Shown: positions 21,594-29,339, numbered from the stretch's first letter. The stretch is 64,000 nt of DNA from Thermodesulfobacteriota bacterium (GCA_965216785.1 OZ244197.1:2208001-2272000); one strand, 5' to 3'. Numbers and translations are program-made. Notes: generated by a model not told the origin, from the letters alone.

Positions 21594-21765
21594 AACCTCC
21601 CAACTTTTTTCTACTTCTACAAAAAGCTCCTTGTGTGATTCTGAGTATTGAGATAGTTTATGTTCTAAGGGATATGCTATATATAAACACTTGATAGCAT
21701 ATTGCTAGTGTGTATATGCTAACAGCAATATTCTCGTGCAATTTAGATTTGAGGAAACTAGCTGA

Positions 21766-21970
21766 TTCTCTTCTTTTGAATGATCAAAAGAAGCAAAAAT
21801 CACCCTCCCAGGCATGAATGACGCTAATAATGAATTACGCAAGTTAAAGTTCACAATTCGGCCCCAGCCCGTGTGAACTTTTTAACACTTACGTTCTTCA
21901 TTTTCTTAACGCTATTCATGCATGTCGGGAAGATTAATACAAAAGCAAATACAAAGACAAAAGATTAGAT
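21766..21970 (+). repeat. Dispersed structured element, copy 1 (candidate ncRNA/MITE)
   Basis: TTCTTTTG-AATGAT-CAAAAGAAGCAAAAATCACC head, long interrupted stem, TTTTCTTAACGCT, GGGAAGAT; homologous to 22839, 24455 and 39386. Confidence 0.85.
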
Positions 21971-22026
21971 TCTGAAACGATACTGAATAGATCCCGGATC
22001 AAGTCCGGGACAAGGTTCAGAATGAC
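21967..22026. repeat. Nested REP palindromes
   Basis: GATTCTGAAAC...GTTCAGAATGAC enclosing GATCCCGGATCAAGTCCGGGAC. Confidence 0.75.
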
Positions 22027-22071
22027 ACTGCCAAGAATGGATGGGGAATAGAGATAAAGGGGGTAGTAGAA

Positions 22072-22323
22072 GTGGATAATTTTTATATAGCTTTTGCGGT
22101 GTATTTGAATTTGATTTTTGTGGCGGCGAAGATTTGGGACAAGATCGGCTGGTCGTGGTTTTGGGTGATGACGCCGCTGATTGTCCTTACCGTGATCGGC
22201 GCTGTAGCGGCTACGGGGCAGGCCGCAAAGAAGAAAGAGCTTCGGGGAAACCTGGTGCAGAACCTTCAAACGCTGAGGGAGATGGTGGAAAACTCGAAGT
22301 CGAGGAGCGGGGACAAACATTGA
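22072..22323 (+). CDS. Small phage-type membrane protein
   Basis: LIFVAAKIWDKIGWSWFWVMTPL resembles the K..G.I.WSWWWV.SP.W small membrane proteins common in phages; adjacent to terminase genes. Confidence 0.65.
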   Translation: MDNFYIAFAVYLNLIFVAAKIWDKIGWSWFWVMTPLIVLTVIGAVAATGQAAKKKELRGNLVQNLQTLREMVENSKSRSGDKH

Positions 22324-22793
22324 TAAAGAGCTCGGGGAGACAGCTCATTTATCAACACATCCAGGAAGCCCTGCTGCATTACTCACGATACAAACGCGGA
22401 GAAGGTGTACCGCACCTGTTGAGAGCCTATCTGGAAACGCTCGAAGAGCAGTCCGTTGTAGCAAACTACGTGCTCGGGCTTAAGCTGCTGGAGCACAAGG
22501 CCGTGACGATGTACCTGGACGGGAAGCGTGTGCGGGTGATACGGAAGGCTGAGGTATTCAAGAAGAATGATGTATCACTTACACAGATACGGGTGTGGAT
22601 TTACGGCGACCGTGAGCAGTTCGGGCTTGTGAACACGATGTTCGGGGTGTTTATGCGCCAGGCCAGTTTTTGCCCGTTCTGTCATGACCAGAAGCGCTGG
22701 GGAGACGGGGGGTATCAGAAGCGTCTTCACGGGAGCGTGTGTCCGCATAGGGAGATGTGGGAGGAGGAGAGGGAGGCTGAGTGTGATGCGTAA
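22320..22793 (+). CDS. Phage-related hypothetical protein with C-terminal CxxC..H..C motif
   Basis: TTG start overlapping the upstream stop (TTGA); CPFCHD...HGSVCPH. Confidence 0.55.
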   Translation: MIKSSGRQLIYQHIQEALLHYSRYKRGEGVPHLLRAYLETLEEQSVVANYVLGLKLLEHKAVTMYLDGKRVRVIRKAEVFKKNDVSLTQIRVWIYGDREQFGLVNTMFGVFMRQASFCPFCHDQKRWGDGGYQKRLHGSVCPHREMWEEEREAECDA

Positions 22794-22838
22794 CCTAGAT
22801 TGCTACAATGTGCATGCAATCTGACAATATGAAATCAT

Positions 22839-23010
22839 TTCTTCTTTTGCATGATCAAAAGAAGCAAAAATCACCGGCTAGGTAGAAATGACGCTAAAAG
22901 TTAATTATTACGGCTAAAGTTCACAATTCTACCCACACCCCGTGTGAGCTTTTTAACGCCGTCCTAATCAACTTTCTTAACGCTATTTCCACATGCCGGG
23001 AAGATTAAAG
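22839..23010 (+). repeat. Dispersed structured element, copy 2
   Basis: Same head, inner AAGTTCACA/TGTGAGCTT stem, CTTAACGCT and GGGAAGATTAA; directly upstream of the terminase small subunit. Confidence 0.85.
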
Positions 23011-23036
23011 GCTACTACAACAACATAAAACAAAAG

Positions 23037-23696
23037 ATGAAAGAGATCGTTGAAAGGAAGGAGTGGGAGAAGAGGGGGAGTGAGACGGGGAAGGCGTATG
23101 AGGGGTTTCGCGTTTACCGGGACATGGGGCCTGCGAGGAGTTTGTCCGCCGCCGCATCGCATGTCGGCAAGTCACTCAGGCTTTTCAAGAAGTGGTCTAC
23201 CGTGCACGGCTGGGTGAAGAGGGCCGAGGCTTATGATGAGTATATGGAGCACCGCTCCCGGGACGTGGTGGAGCGAAAGCTCGAAGACGTAAACCACGCT
23301 CACCTGGATTTGGCGAAGAGCGCGCGCGAGTCTGTGATGGTGCCGCTGCAGGCTCTCCTCAAGAGGATAGAGAAGATAAACGAGGACGGGAATTTTTCGG
23401 CTGAAGAGTTTGAGAATATCCCGGTGGATAAGCTGATTAATATCGCCCGACCTTATGTGAAGCTTGCGCTCGATGTGATTAAGCTCGAAAGGTTACTGTA
23501 CGGGCTGCCGACCCAGACGATTAAGACAGAGGGGACGATAGGGCACGAGGTGAGCCACGACATCAGGGTCGTGAATGAATTTATCGAATCGCTGCCGGAA
23601 GAGGAGCTGCTGCGGATTGTCAGAGACTCGAAAAAACAAAGCGCTAAAGAAAACGGATCCGCTGAGCAAGTACCTGCTGGGCCGGGCAAAGGATAG
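23037..23696 (+). CDS. Putative phage terminase small subunit
   Basis: ETGKAYEGFRVYRDMGPARSL...WSTVHGWVKRAEAYD N-terminal HTH-type region, coiled coil, overlaps a terminase large-subunit start. Confidence 0.7.
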   Translation: MKEIVERKEWEKRGSETGKAYEGFRVYRDMGPARSLSAAASHVGKSLRLFKKWSTVHGWVKRAEAYDEYMEHRSRDVVERKLEDVNHAHLDLAKSARESVMVPLQALLKRIEKINEDGNFSAEEFENIPVDKLINIARPYVKLALDVIKLERLLYGLPTQTIKTEGTIGHEVSHDIRVVNEFIESLPEEELLRIVRDSKKQSAKENGSAEQVPAGPGKG

Positions 23697-23871
23697 CCTG
23701 CTCACCTACACCGAGCTTACTTACCCGAAATACAGGGCCAACTGGCACCACGAGCTGATAATCGAGCGCCTGGACTCGGTCGCAAAGGGGGATATCCGGA
23801 GGCTGATGATCCTGGTGCCGCCGCGCTACGCTCGCAATGACGACTTTGAAAGATGGGATTCCGGGTCGTAG
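23617..23871 (+). pseudogene. Truncated phage terminase large subunit (N-terminal fragment)
   Basis: YPKYRANWHHELIIERLDSVAKGDIRRLMILVPPR matches the N-terminus preceding the PPRHGKS Walker A; sequence switches to REP DNA at 23820 and stops at 23871. Confidence 0.8.
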
Positions 23872-23985
23872 CCCGGAATGACTTATATGTTCACCCCCAT
23901 CCTTTATCCTTCCCCCTGAAATGGGGAGGAGAAAGAAAGGTTAACTAATCCCCCTTTATTCCCCCTTTGCGAAAGGGGGAGATGT
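23820..23985. repeat. Cluster of REP-like palindromes
   Basis: GCCGCGCTACGCTCGCAATGAC; GATTCCGGGTCGTAGCCCGGAATGAC; TCACCCCCATCC..TTCCCCCT; AATCCCCCTTTATTCCCCCTTTGCGAAAGGGGGA. Confidence 0.8.
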
Positions 23986-23991
23986 TGTTGG

Positions 23992-24399
23992 TTATGAGAA
24001 GTGTTTGTAGAGGGTTAGAGCGATGAGGGCGGTGGAGAGTATGAGCAAGATGTTTCGGAATGAGACGCCCAGGATGGCGCGCCGGGTCTGCGGTATGTCG
24101 TATGGCGAGACGATGTTGTGCTCGCCTATGAGCTGAATGGCTTTTGGTGAGGCGAGCGGGATCATGGAGTTACTTTCACATTTGGGGCAGACGCAGGATT
24201 TGATTTTGTACCTGGTGATGGTGTAAAAGAGCGCTATGAAGAATATGATGGAGGCCGGAAACCAGAGGTCTGTGTAGAAAGCTCCGAGCAGCGCGAAGAA
24301 GAATGCCAGGCCCCAGAGGGTGAATTCGGTTTTGAAATTGCCGTAGGAGCTGGAGGCTTCCTCGCCGATGTAGAAGCATTGGGTGCAAAGTTTTTTCAT
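23992..24399 (-). CDS. Membrane protein with two CxxC (zinc-ribbon-like) motifs
   Basis: Start MKKLCTQC at 24399; two TMs, CPKCES, C-terminal TM; the upstream ORF extension lies in the repeat. Confidence 0.7.
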   Translation of the reverse strand: MKKLCTQCFYIGEEASSSYGNFKTEFTLWGLAFFFALLGAFYTDLWFPASIIFFIALFYTITRYKIKSCVCPKCESNSMIPLASPKAIQLIGEHNIVSPYDIPQTRRAILGVSFRNILLILSTALIALTLYKHFS

Positions 24400-24454
24400 T
24401 GTTATTAGGATACCCGGCTTCGTTTGCAACTTCGCCACAGGTAGTTTTAATACT

Positions 24455-24662
24455 TTCTCTTCTCTTGCATGATCAAAAGAAGCAAAAATCACCGACGGTA
24501 CGTAAATAACTAAAAATAGCTTATTCAAACGAAACTTCACAATTCCACCCACACCCCGTGTGAAGTTATAGACGCTTTCATTGCGCAATTTTCTTAACAT
24601 TATTTGCGTAATGTCGGAAGCTTAAAGACAAAAGCAAATACAAAGACAAAAAGATGAGATTC
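24455..24662 (+). repeat. Dispersed structured element, copy 3
   Basis: Same head; AACTTCACA/TGTGAAGTT inner stem; shares the tail ACAAAAGCAAATACAAAGACAAAA with copy 1. Confidence 0.85.
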
Positions 24663-24694
24663 AGTATCGGAGTCTGGGATGACTGCGTAAGGAT

Positions 24695-24768
24695 GAGATT
24701 GCCGCGCTATGCTCGCAATGACAATTAATTACTAATCCTCCCTAACCCTCCTTTGCGAAAGGAGGGGA
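24695..24768. repeat. REP-like palindromes
   Basis: GAGATTGCCGCGCTATGCTCGCAATGAC and AATCCTCCCTAACCCTCCTTTGCGAAAGGAGGGG. Confidence 0.8.
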
Positions 24769-24781
24769 TAAAAAGGCAACT

Positions 24782-25170
24782 CTGTGGTTTTGGGGGTGTG
24801 CCGGAGGTTGGTGAATGGACCCCCGGCACGGCGTAATGAAATAACACAACTTGTGTATTTATTGCGGTATGGTCACTTCTATGGTGACGTCTTCAATGGG
24901 GAAGTTGATACCATTTTCAACTATGATGTCTATTCCCTCGTCTGAATACACCGGAACCATGGACCTGCTGCCATAGCATCTATTGCAACTATCTTCATAA
25001 GATATTGCATACATTAGATTATCTGACGCAAATTCAAACATGCGGACCATGGAAAGCATGACCTCAACGCAGTTGTATCTGGTAGAATACTCAACCAGGA
25101 ACATGCTGGAAACAAGTAACGGCGCTGACCAAGTCATCCTTCTTTTATCGTGATCACCCAACCCAAACAG
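24782..25170 (+). ncRNA. Candidate large, highly structured non-coding RNA (unassigned)
   Basis: More than ten nested stems by eye; G-U pairs favour the + strand; no recognisable tmRNA, RNase P or intron motifs. Confidence 0.45.
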
Positions 25171-25172
25171 CT

Positions 25173-25751
25173 CTAGCTTGCGGGAGGGTTACAAATCTTA
25201 CAGTTATCGTGGTCATGATTATCTACCGAGAATTTTTCGTTAGTATCGAACCGGGCCCCGCAGCACTCTATGAACATTCCCTTTATCATTTCCCTTCCTC
25301 TCTGAACTCTCGACTTCAGCCCCGTGTACGAGAGTCCCATCCGCTCCGCCAAATCCTTTTGCTTAACCCCCTCTATATCGCTCAGTATGAGCGGCTCTCT
25401 ATATTTCTCGGGCAGCCTGTCTATAAATACGTTAAGGCAGTACAGGATGCCGCTTAAATTTTTATCTTCGCCGTTATCTTCTGAATATGAAATGTTCTCA
25501 TCGATCTCAGCGCCTCCCATGTCCTTCTTTCTATAGTAGTCCGTTATAGAATTCCGTACTATCGAGTAAATCCAAGGGGCGAGTTTTTTTTCGTCTTTAA
25601 GTGAGGCGAGGCTCTTGTGGATCTTGATGAATATCTCCTGCGTCAGATCGTCCACATCCTCTGGGCTCCGCACTTTCCCCATCAGATAGGCTCTGATCTT
25701 TTCTGAGAAATCCTCGTATATTCCGTTCATCTCATCTTGCGTCGCTTTCAT
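25173..25751 (-). CDS. sigZ: ECF RNA polymerase sigma factor, SigZ-type
   Basis: DDLTQEIFIKIH, WIYSIVRNSITDYYRK, LPEKYREPL..SDIEG.KQKDLA..GLSYTGLKSRVQRGR, ECC; C-terminal HDHDNCKIC. Confidence 0.88.
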   Translation of the reverse strand: MKATQDEMNGIYEDFSEKIRAYLMGKVRSPEDVDDLTQEIFIKIHKSLASLKDEKKLAPWIYSIVRNSITDYYRKKDMGGAEIDENISYSEDNGEDKNLSGILYCLNVFIDRLPEKYREPLILSDIEGVKQKDLAERMGLSYTGLKSRVQRGREMIKGMFIECCGARFDTNEKFSVDNHDHDNCKICNPPAS

Positions 25752-25827
25752 CTTTCCTACCTTATATATAAGGGTACACACTATATATATGTATTTTTAT
25801 TATAATGTGTACCCCGTTATTTTAAAC

Positions 25828-25932
25828 TTATCCGCAGCATGTAGAGCTTTCACACTTACACTCACAGCGGCACTCCGCTCCGCCGCAGTTCTCACACTGA
25901 CATTCACACTTTACTTTATTATCTTCACTCAT
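25828..25932 (-). CDS. Unannotated metallothionein-like Cys-rich peptide (34 aa, 10 Cys)
   Basis: RBS GGGAGGT; MSEDNKVKCECQCENCGGAECRCECKCESSTCCG*. Confidence 0.75.
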   Translation of the reverse strand: MSEDNKVKCECQCENCGGAECRCECKCESSTCCG

Positions 25933-25968
25933 TTCTGACCTCCCTGAATTTTTTTACTTACATATAGA

Positions 25969-25996
25969 TAGACGGGGGGAGGGTGAAAAAGACGCA
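25969..25996 (-). promoter_or_regulatory. Putative ECF-sigma promoter (TGCGTC-N16-CGTCTA)
   Basis: ECF-like -10 CGTC(TA) with a 16-nt spacer, 36 nt upstream of the Cys-rich peptide and sigZ. Confidence 0.55.
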
Positions 25997-26138
25997 AAGC
26001 ATATTGTAAGTGATATAAATCACAAGATAATACAGCGCAGGTTCCTTGGCTCAGTTTTTTTGCTATTGAAAAATAATTTGGTAATACCAGGGGTCTTCGG
26101 CTAAACTTTATTTTATCTAACAGCGGGAGGCAGTATAA

Positions 26139-26300
26139 ATGAAAAGAACATTACTTACTTTAGCTATAGCTCTGGGTCTCGCGTTTGGCAGCTTCGCTAT
26201 TTTCTCATCCGACTCCTTTGCGTGCGGAGCGGGAAAAGATAAAGGCGCGACTACCGAAGATACCACCCAGACAGACTCAAGCAGCTCAACAGAGTCATAA
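26139..26300 (+). CDS. Unannotated small secreted peptide (53 aa)
   Basis: RBS GGGAGG; MKRTLLTLAIALGLAFGSFAIFSSDSFA-CGAGKDKGATTEDTTQTDSSSSTES*; own terminator. Confidence 0.7.
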   Translation: MKRTLLTLAIALGLAFGSFAIFSSDSFACGAGKDKGATTEDTTQTDSSSSTES

Positions 26301-26323
26301 GAAGCATCTGCAATACAATTTAG

Positions 26324-26370
26324 AAAAAGGCCCTGGATTAGAACGATTGACTACTCAAGGGCCTTTTTTT
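26324..26370. terminator. Bidirectional terminator
   Basis: AAAAAGGCCCT...AGGGCCTTTTTTT between convergent genes. Confidence 0.75.
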
Positions 26371-26381
26371 ATATCCTATAG

Positions 26382-26780
26382 TTACCCTTCAATCTTAAAA
26401 ACCTTTTCGGGCTTTATTTTCATTTTAACCCTTACCTCGCCGGGCTGGCGGTGCGGGTATTCATCCAGTCCCAGATATTTCTTAGCAAGTTGATTAATAT
26501 GCTCGTCTGCATCATCGTGGGATTCTTGGGTCACTTTTCCCCTCACCATAGCCTGCTCATAATGGTTCTCTGAATTTGCGATCGCGACAGCGACGCGGCT
26601 GTCTTTACGCAGATTGTTTGTTTTCAGCCTGCCCTCCGCCGTGTTAATTACGATATTCTCGCCGTCCGAATCTACCCAGACCAGACTCACCTGCGGTGAG
26701 CCGTCCGGCATAACGGTCGCGACGGCCGCGAAGTTCTTGCCCTCGGTACATAGTTCATATACAAAGCTGTCTAGTGACAT
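26382..26780 (-). CDS. PPOX-class (F420-dependent-type) oxidoreductase
   Basis: ATVMPDGSPQVSLVWV, NTAEGRLKTNNLRKDSRVAV, LAKKYLG. Confidence 0.88.
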   Translation of the reverse strand: MSLDSFVYELCTEGKNFAAVATVMPDGSPQVSLVWVDSDGENIVINTAEGRLKTNNLRKDSRVAVAIANSENHYEQAMVRGKVTQESHDDADEHINQLAKKYLGLDEYPHRQPGEVRVKMKIKPEKVFKIEG

Positions 26781-26821
26781 AAGTCACCTCCGCCTTTTTT
26801 ACTTAAGATAATCCCGGATTT

Positions 26822-27586
26822 TTATCTTGCAATCCAGCCGCCGTCTACTGAGAGCATGTTCCCGGTCATAAACCCGATATTATCATCTACCAGGAAGAGT
26901 ATCGAATGAGCAATCTCCTCAGGCTGGCCGAGCCTTCCAACCGGGTGGAGCGATTTCAGGTACTGCTCGGCTGCTTCCCTGTCTTCCACTTTGCCGAAGA
27001 AATCCTCAACAATCATCGGAGTCTCTATAGCGCCCGGGCATATGGCGTTAACCCTGATTCCCTTGTCCGCGTACTCAAGCGCCATGCTCTTTGTAAGCTG
27101 TGTTACTGCGCCCTTTGACGCTACATAGGCCGCGAATCCCGGCATGCCTTTTAGCCCGACAATAGAGGAATTGTTCACAATCGCCCCGTAACCTTTTTCC
27201 AGCATATGAGGTATCGAATGCTTCGACATAAAGTAAGTGCCCTTTACGTTAATGTCGAAAGTCTTTTCCCATATTTCGGTATCGGTTTCATGGGTCCTAC
27301 CCGGCATCAATATCCCGGCGTTATTAAAAAGTATGTCCACGCCGCCGTATTTCCCGATCGTATAATCCACAGTAGATTTACAGTCTTCTTCATTAGACAC
27401 GTCGCACGCTATGTAGTCGATCGTCAGCCCGTTTGACGCAGCCTCTTCCTGAACTTCCTTTAACTTCTCCTCTCTTCTTCCGGTTATTACAACACTTGCG
27501 CCTTCTTTAGCGAAAAGAAGCGCGGTTTCCTTGCCGATTCCTGTTCCGCCCCCTGTGATAATGGCCGTTTTGCCTGATAACTTCAT
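26822..27586 (-). CDS. SDR family oxidoreductase
   Basis: TGGGTGIG, NNAG, YVASK, IRVNAICPG. Confidence 0.93.
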   Translation of the reverse strand: MKLSGKTAIITGGGTGIGKETALLFAKEGASVVITGRREEKLKEVQEEAASNGLTIDYIACDVSNEEDCKSTVDYTIGKYGGVDILFNNAGILMPGRTHETDTEIWEKTFDINVKGTYFMSKHSIPHMLEKGYGAIVNNSSIVGLKGMPGFAAYVASKGAVTQLTKSMALEYADKGIRVNAICPGAIETPMIVEDFFGKVEDREAAEQYLKSLHPVGRLGQPEEIAHSILFLVDDNIGFMTGNMLSVDGGWIAR

Positions 27587-27775
27587 GTATGCCTCCTGGT
27601 GTTTTGGTGTTTTTGTTTTCGATGACTATTAATTTTCAATAGATGCAGGCGGGCAGGAAAATCGTCTGCTTCGCTCGCTCTTGTTATAAAAACTACGATT
27701 ATTTGGAATTACGGACTAACCGGACCAAAAAAATTAATCTCTGGTAACTACAATTAGTATAAGGGGCTTCCCAAA

Positions 27776-28282
27776 CTAGTAAAGCCATTTAGAGTACTCG
27801 GGGTTTTCGTCTTTCATCTCACCGTATAGCCATACCATCCTGTCAAGGAACCAGGTTTTTCCCGCCACGACCAGCGCGAGGCCAAACAGCGTGGGCCACA
27901 CACTGAGCGTGTAAAGGCCCCATACGCAAAAAAGCGCGCCTATCATCGATACTGCGTTGAGGATTTTGATGATCCCACCATGGTGCTTGGGTACAGGCAC
28001 TTTATCTCGCGCTATCCATACGCGCTCTCCAAATACCGCTTTTGAGGCCCAGTTATCCGTAGAGCGGGGTTTTTTGAATATCCTGGGATTGATCCATACC
28101 CAGATTATTGACGCGGCGACAGGAGCAAGGCTCCACCAGCCTATCCACGCGCGGCTCCATATCGAGATTATGAGCAGCGGCAGAGTCAGATACCTCGTCC
28201 ATACGCTCCATGGGTTCGCGTGCCGCTCCCACACCTCGTCGGACATCTTGAATACTGATGCGATTTTGCTTTCAAGGCTCAT
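27776..28282 (-). CDS. Conserved membrane protein (DUF6653-like)
   Basis: WERHANPWSVWTR, WASKAVFGER.W, KTWFLDRMVWLY. Confidence 0.75.
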   Translation of the reverse strand: MSLESKIASVFKMSDEVWERHANPWSVWTRYLTLPLLIISIWSRAWIGWWSLAPVAASIIWVWINPRIFKKPRSTDNWASKAVFGERVWIARDKVPVPKHHGGIIKILNAVSMIGALFCVWGLYTLSVWPTLFGLALVVAGKTWFLDRMVWLYGEMKDENPEYSKWLY

Positions 28283-28372
28283 ACCGCGTTACTCCGCTGC
28301 ATAGTAGAGGCTCCATAACTCAATTATAAACCTGTTAAATGACGGATGGTAAACGTTAGATACTTGGGGGGA

Positions 28373-28750
28373 TTAGTTGAAGGATTTGTCGATGGGCAAC
28401 AGCACGTACTTTTCACCGTTTATAGAGATTGTCTGTTTTTCGTTCTCGACCATCCTGATCCTGAACATCGGAGTCTCGGGGCCGGTGTACTCGGGCACGT
28501 CGTATTTGTGTGATCGACCCGACTCAATGATCTCAAAATAGTGTTCGTTCGTGTACTTGTCAGAGTGGCGCACGAGCACCCTGTCAAGTGTGACATGCAG
28601 GATAACGCACTGAGAAGTATCGCTCATTTTGTGTGAGAGCGGGCAGTAATCTGTATGGCTGCCGCTAAAATACCTGAAAAGGAGCAGCGGGACGAAGATC
28701 AGGATGAAAACCAGAGCGACCCTGGCGATTTTATAAGTGGATATGCGCAT
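28373..28750 (-). CDS. Hypothetical membrane-anchored protein
   Basis: N-terminal TM, 125 aa. Confidence 0.55.
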   Translation of the reverse strand: MRISTYKIARVALVFILIFVPLLLFRYFSGSHTDYCPLSHKMSDTSQCVILHVTLDRVLVRHSDKYTNEHYFEIIESGRSHKYDVPEYTGPETPMFRIRMVENEKQTISINGEKYVLLPIDKSFN

Positions 28751-28910
28751 AAATTCCGACCCTTAAATAACCCGGAATGGATGAATATTCGAATTACCTG
28801 AAATACCGTTCCGGTACCGCTTAATATTTTGTACTTTACGTCCTCAACCTAGATTCGAAGTATAACCCCGTTTCTAAAATTCTGTAATATATGTTCAAAT
28901 ATCCCGTTTT

Positions 28911-29339
28911 TCAGGCAAGCTTGTGCCCATGTAAACATTTCTGAAAACTCTCGTCGGGAAGAAGTCCCAGCTGGTCCCACAGACCCATAAAATCCCAGTG
29001 CTCGTATCCACCCCTTAGTTTCCCGCCAGTGAATTTAGCCATCACGTTGCCGCTGATTGTTACGTCCTCTCCTGTACGCGCATCTTTCGCGTAGCACGAG
29101 CAGAGCGCAGCCAGCCAGTCGCCGTCCTCAATAGCCATGTCTATTTTTATATCGATATTCTTCAGCTGATCGCAGATGAGCTTGTGAAAGCCCTTGAATT
29201 CTTCAAGGTCAATTGCTCTTGACATCCCTATCTGCCCGATCTCCGGGTCAGGGACAAAAAGCTCCTCTATCGCGCCCGCGTCTTCTTGTTCCCATACCCT
29301 CCTGTACCAGTTCTCTAACGCTTCTACTTTTTCAGACAT
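28911..29339 (-). CDS. SnoaL-like/NTF2-fold protein
   Basis: WYRRVWEQED..AIEEL, AIEDGDWLA, EHWDFMGLWDQLG. Confidence 0.82.
   Translation of the reverse strand: MSEKVEALENWYRRVWEQEDAGAIEELFVPDPEIGQIGMSRAIDLEEFKGFHKLICDQLKNIDIKIDMAIEDGDWLAALCSCYAKDARTGEDVTISGNVMAKFTGGKLRGGYEHWDFMGLWDQLGLLPDESFQKCLHGHKLA

Noticed and set aside
22134-22319. N-terminal extension of ORF 22134-22793
   Set aside because: Overlaps the membrane-protein gene in another frame; a coupled TTG start at 22320 is more plausible
24400-24600. N-terminal extension of ORF 23992-24600
   Set aside because: Runs through repeat copy 3; a better start is at 24399
21766-24662. Repeats as a possible CRISPR array or attC cassette array
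   Set aside because: Units are ~170-200 nt, irregularly spaced and diverged; no cas or integron integrase gene; no RYYYAAC/GTTRRRY ends
24792-24836. GGGGGTG / GTGTGCCGG start resembling tmRNA or a group IIC intron 5' end
   Set aside because: No TTCGAC, T-arm or CCA end, and no domain V or RT gene
24859-25161. 100-aa minus-strand ORF downstream of sigZ
   Set aside because: TTG start without a clear RBS, unusual Met-rich composition, no recognisable motif; coincides with the structured region. Not excluded, but not called.
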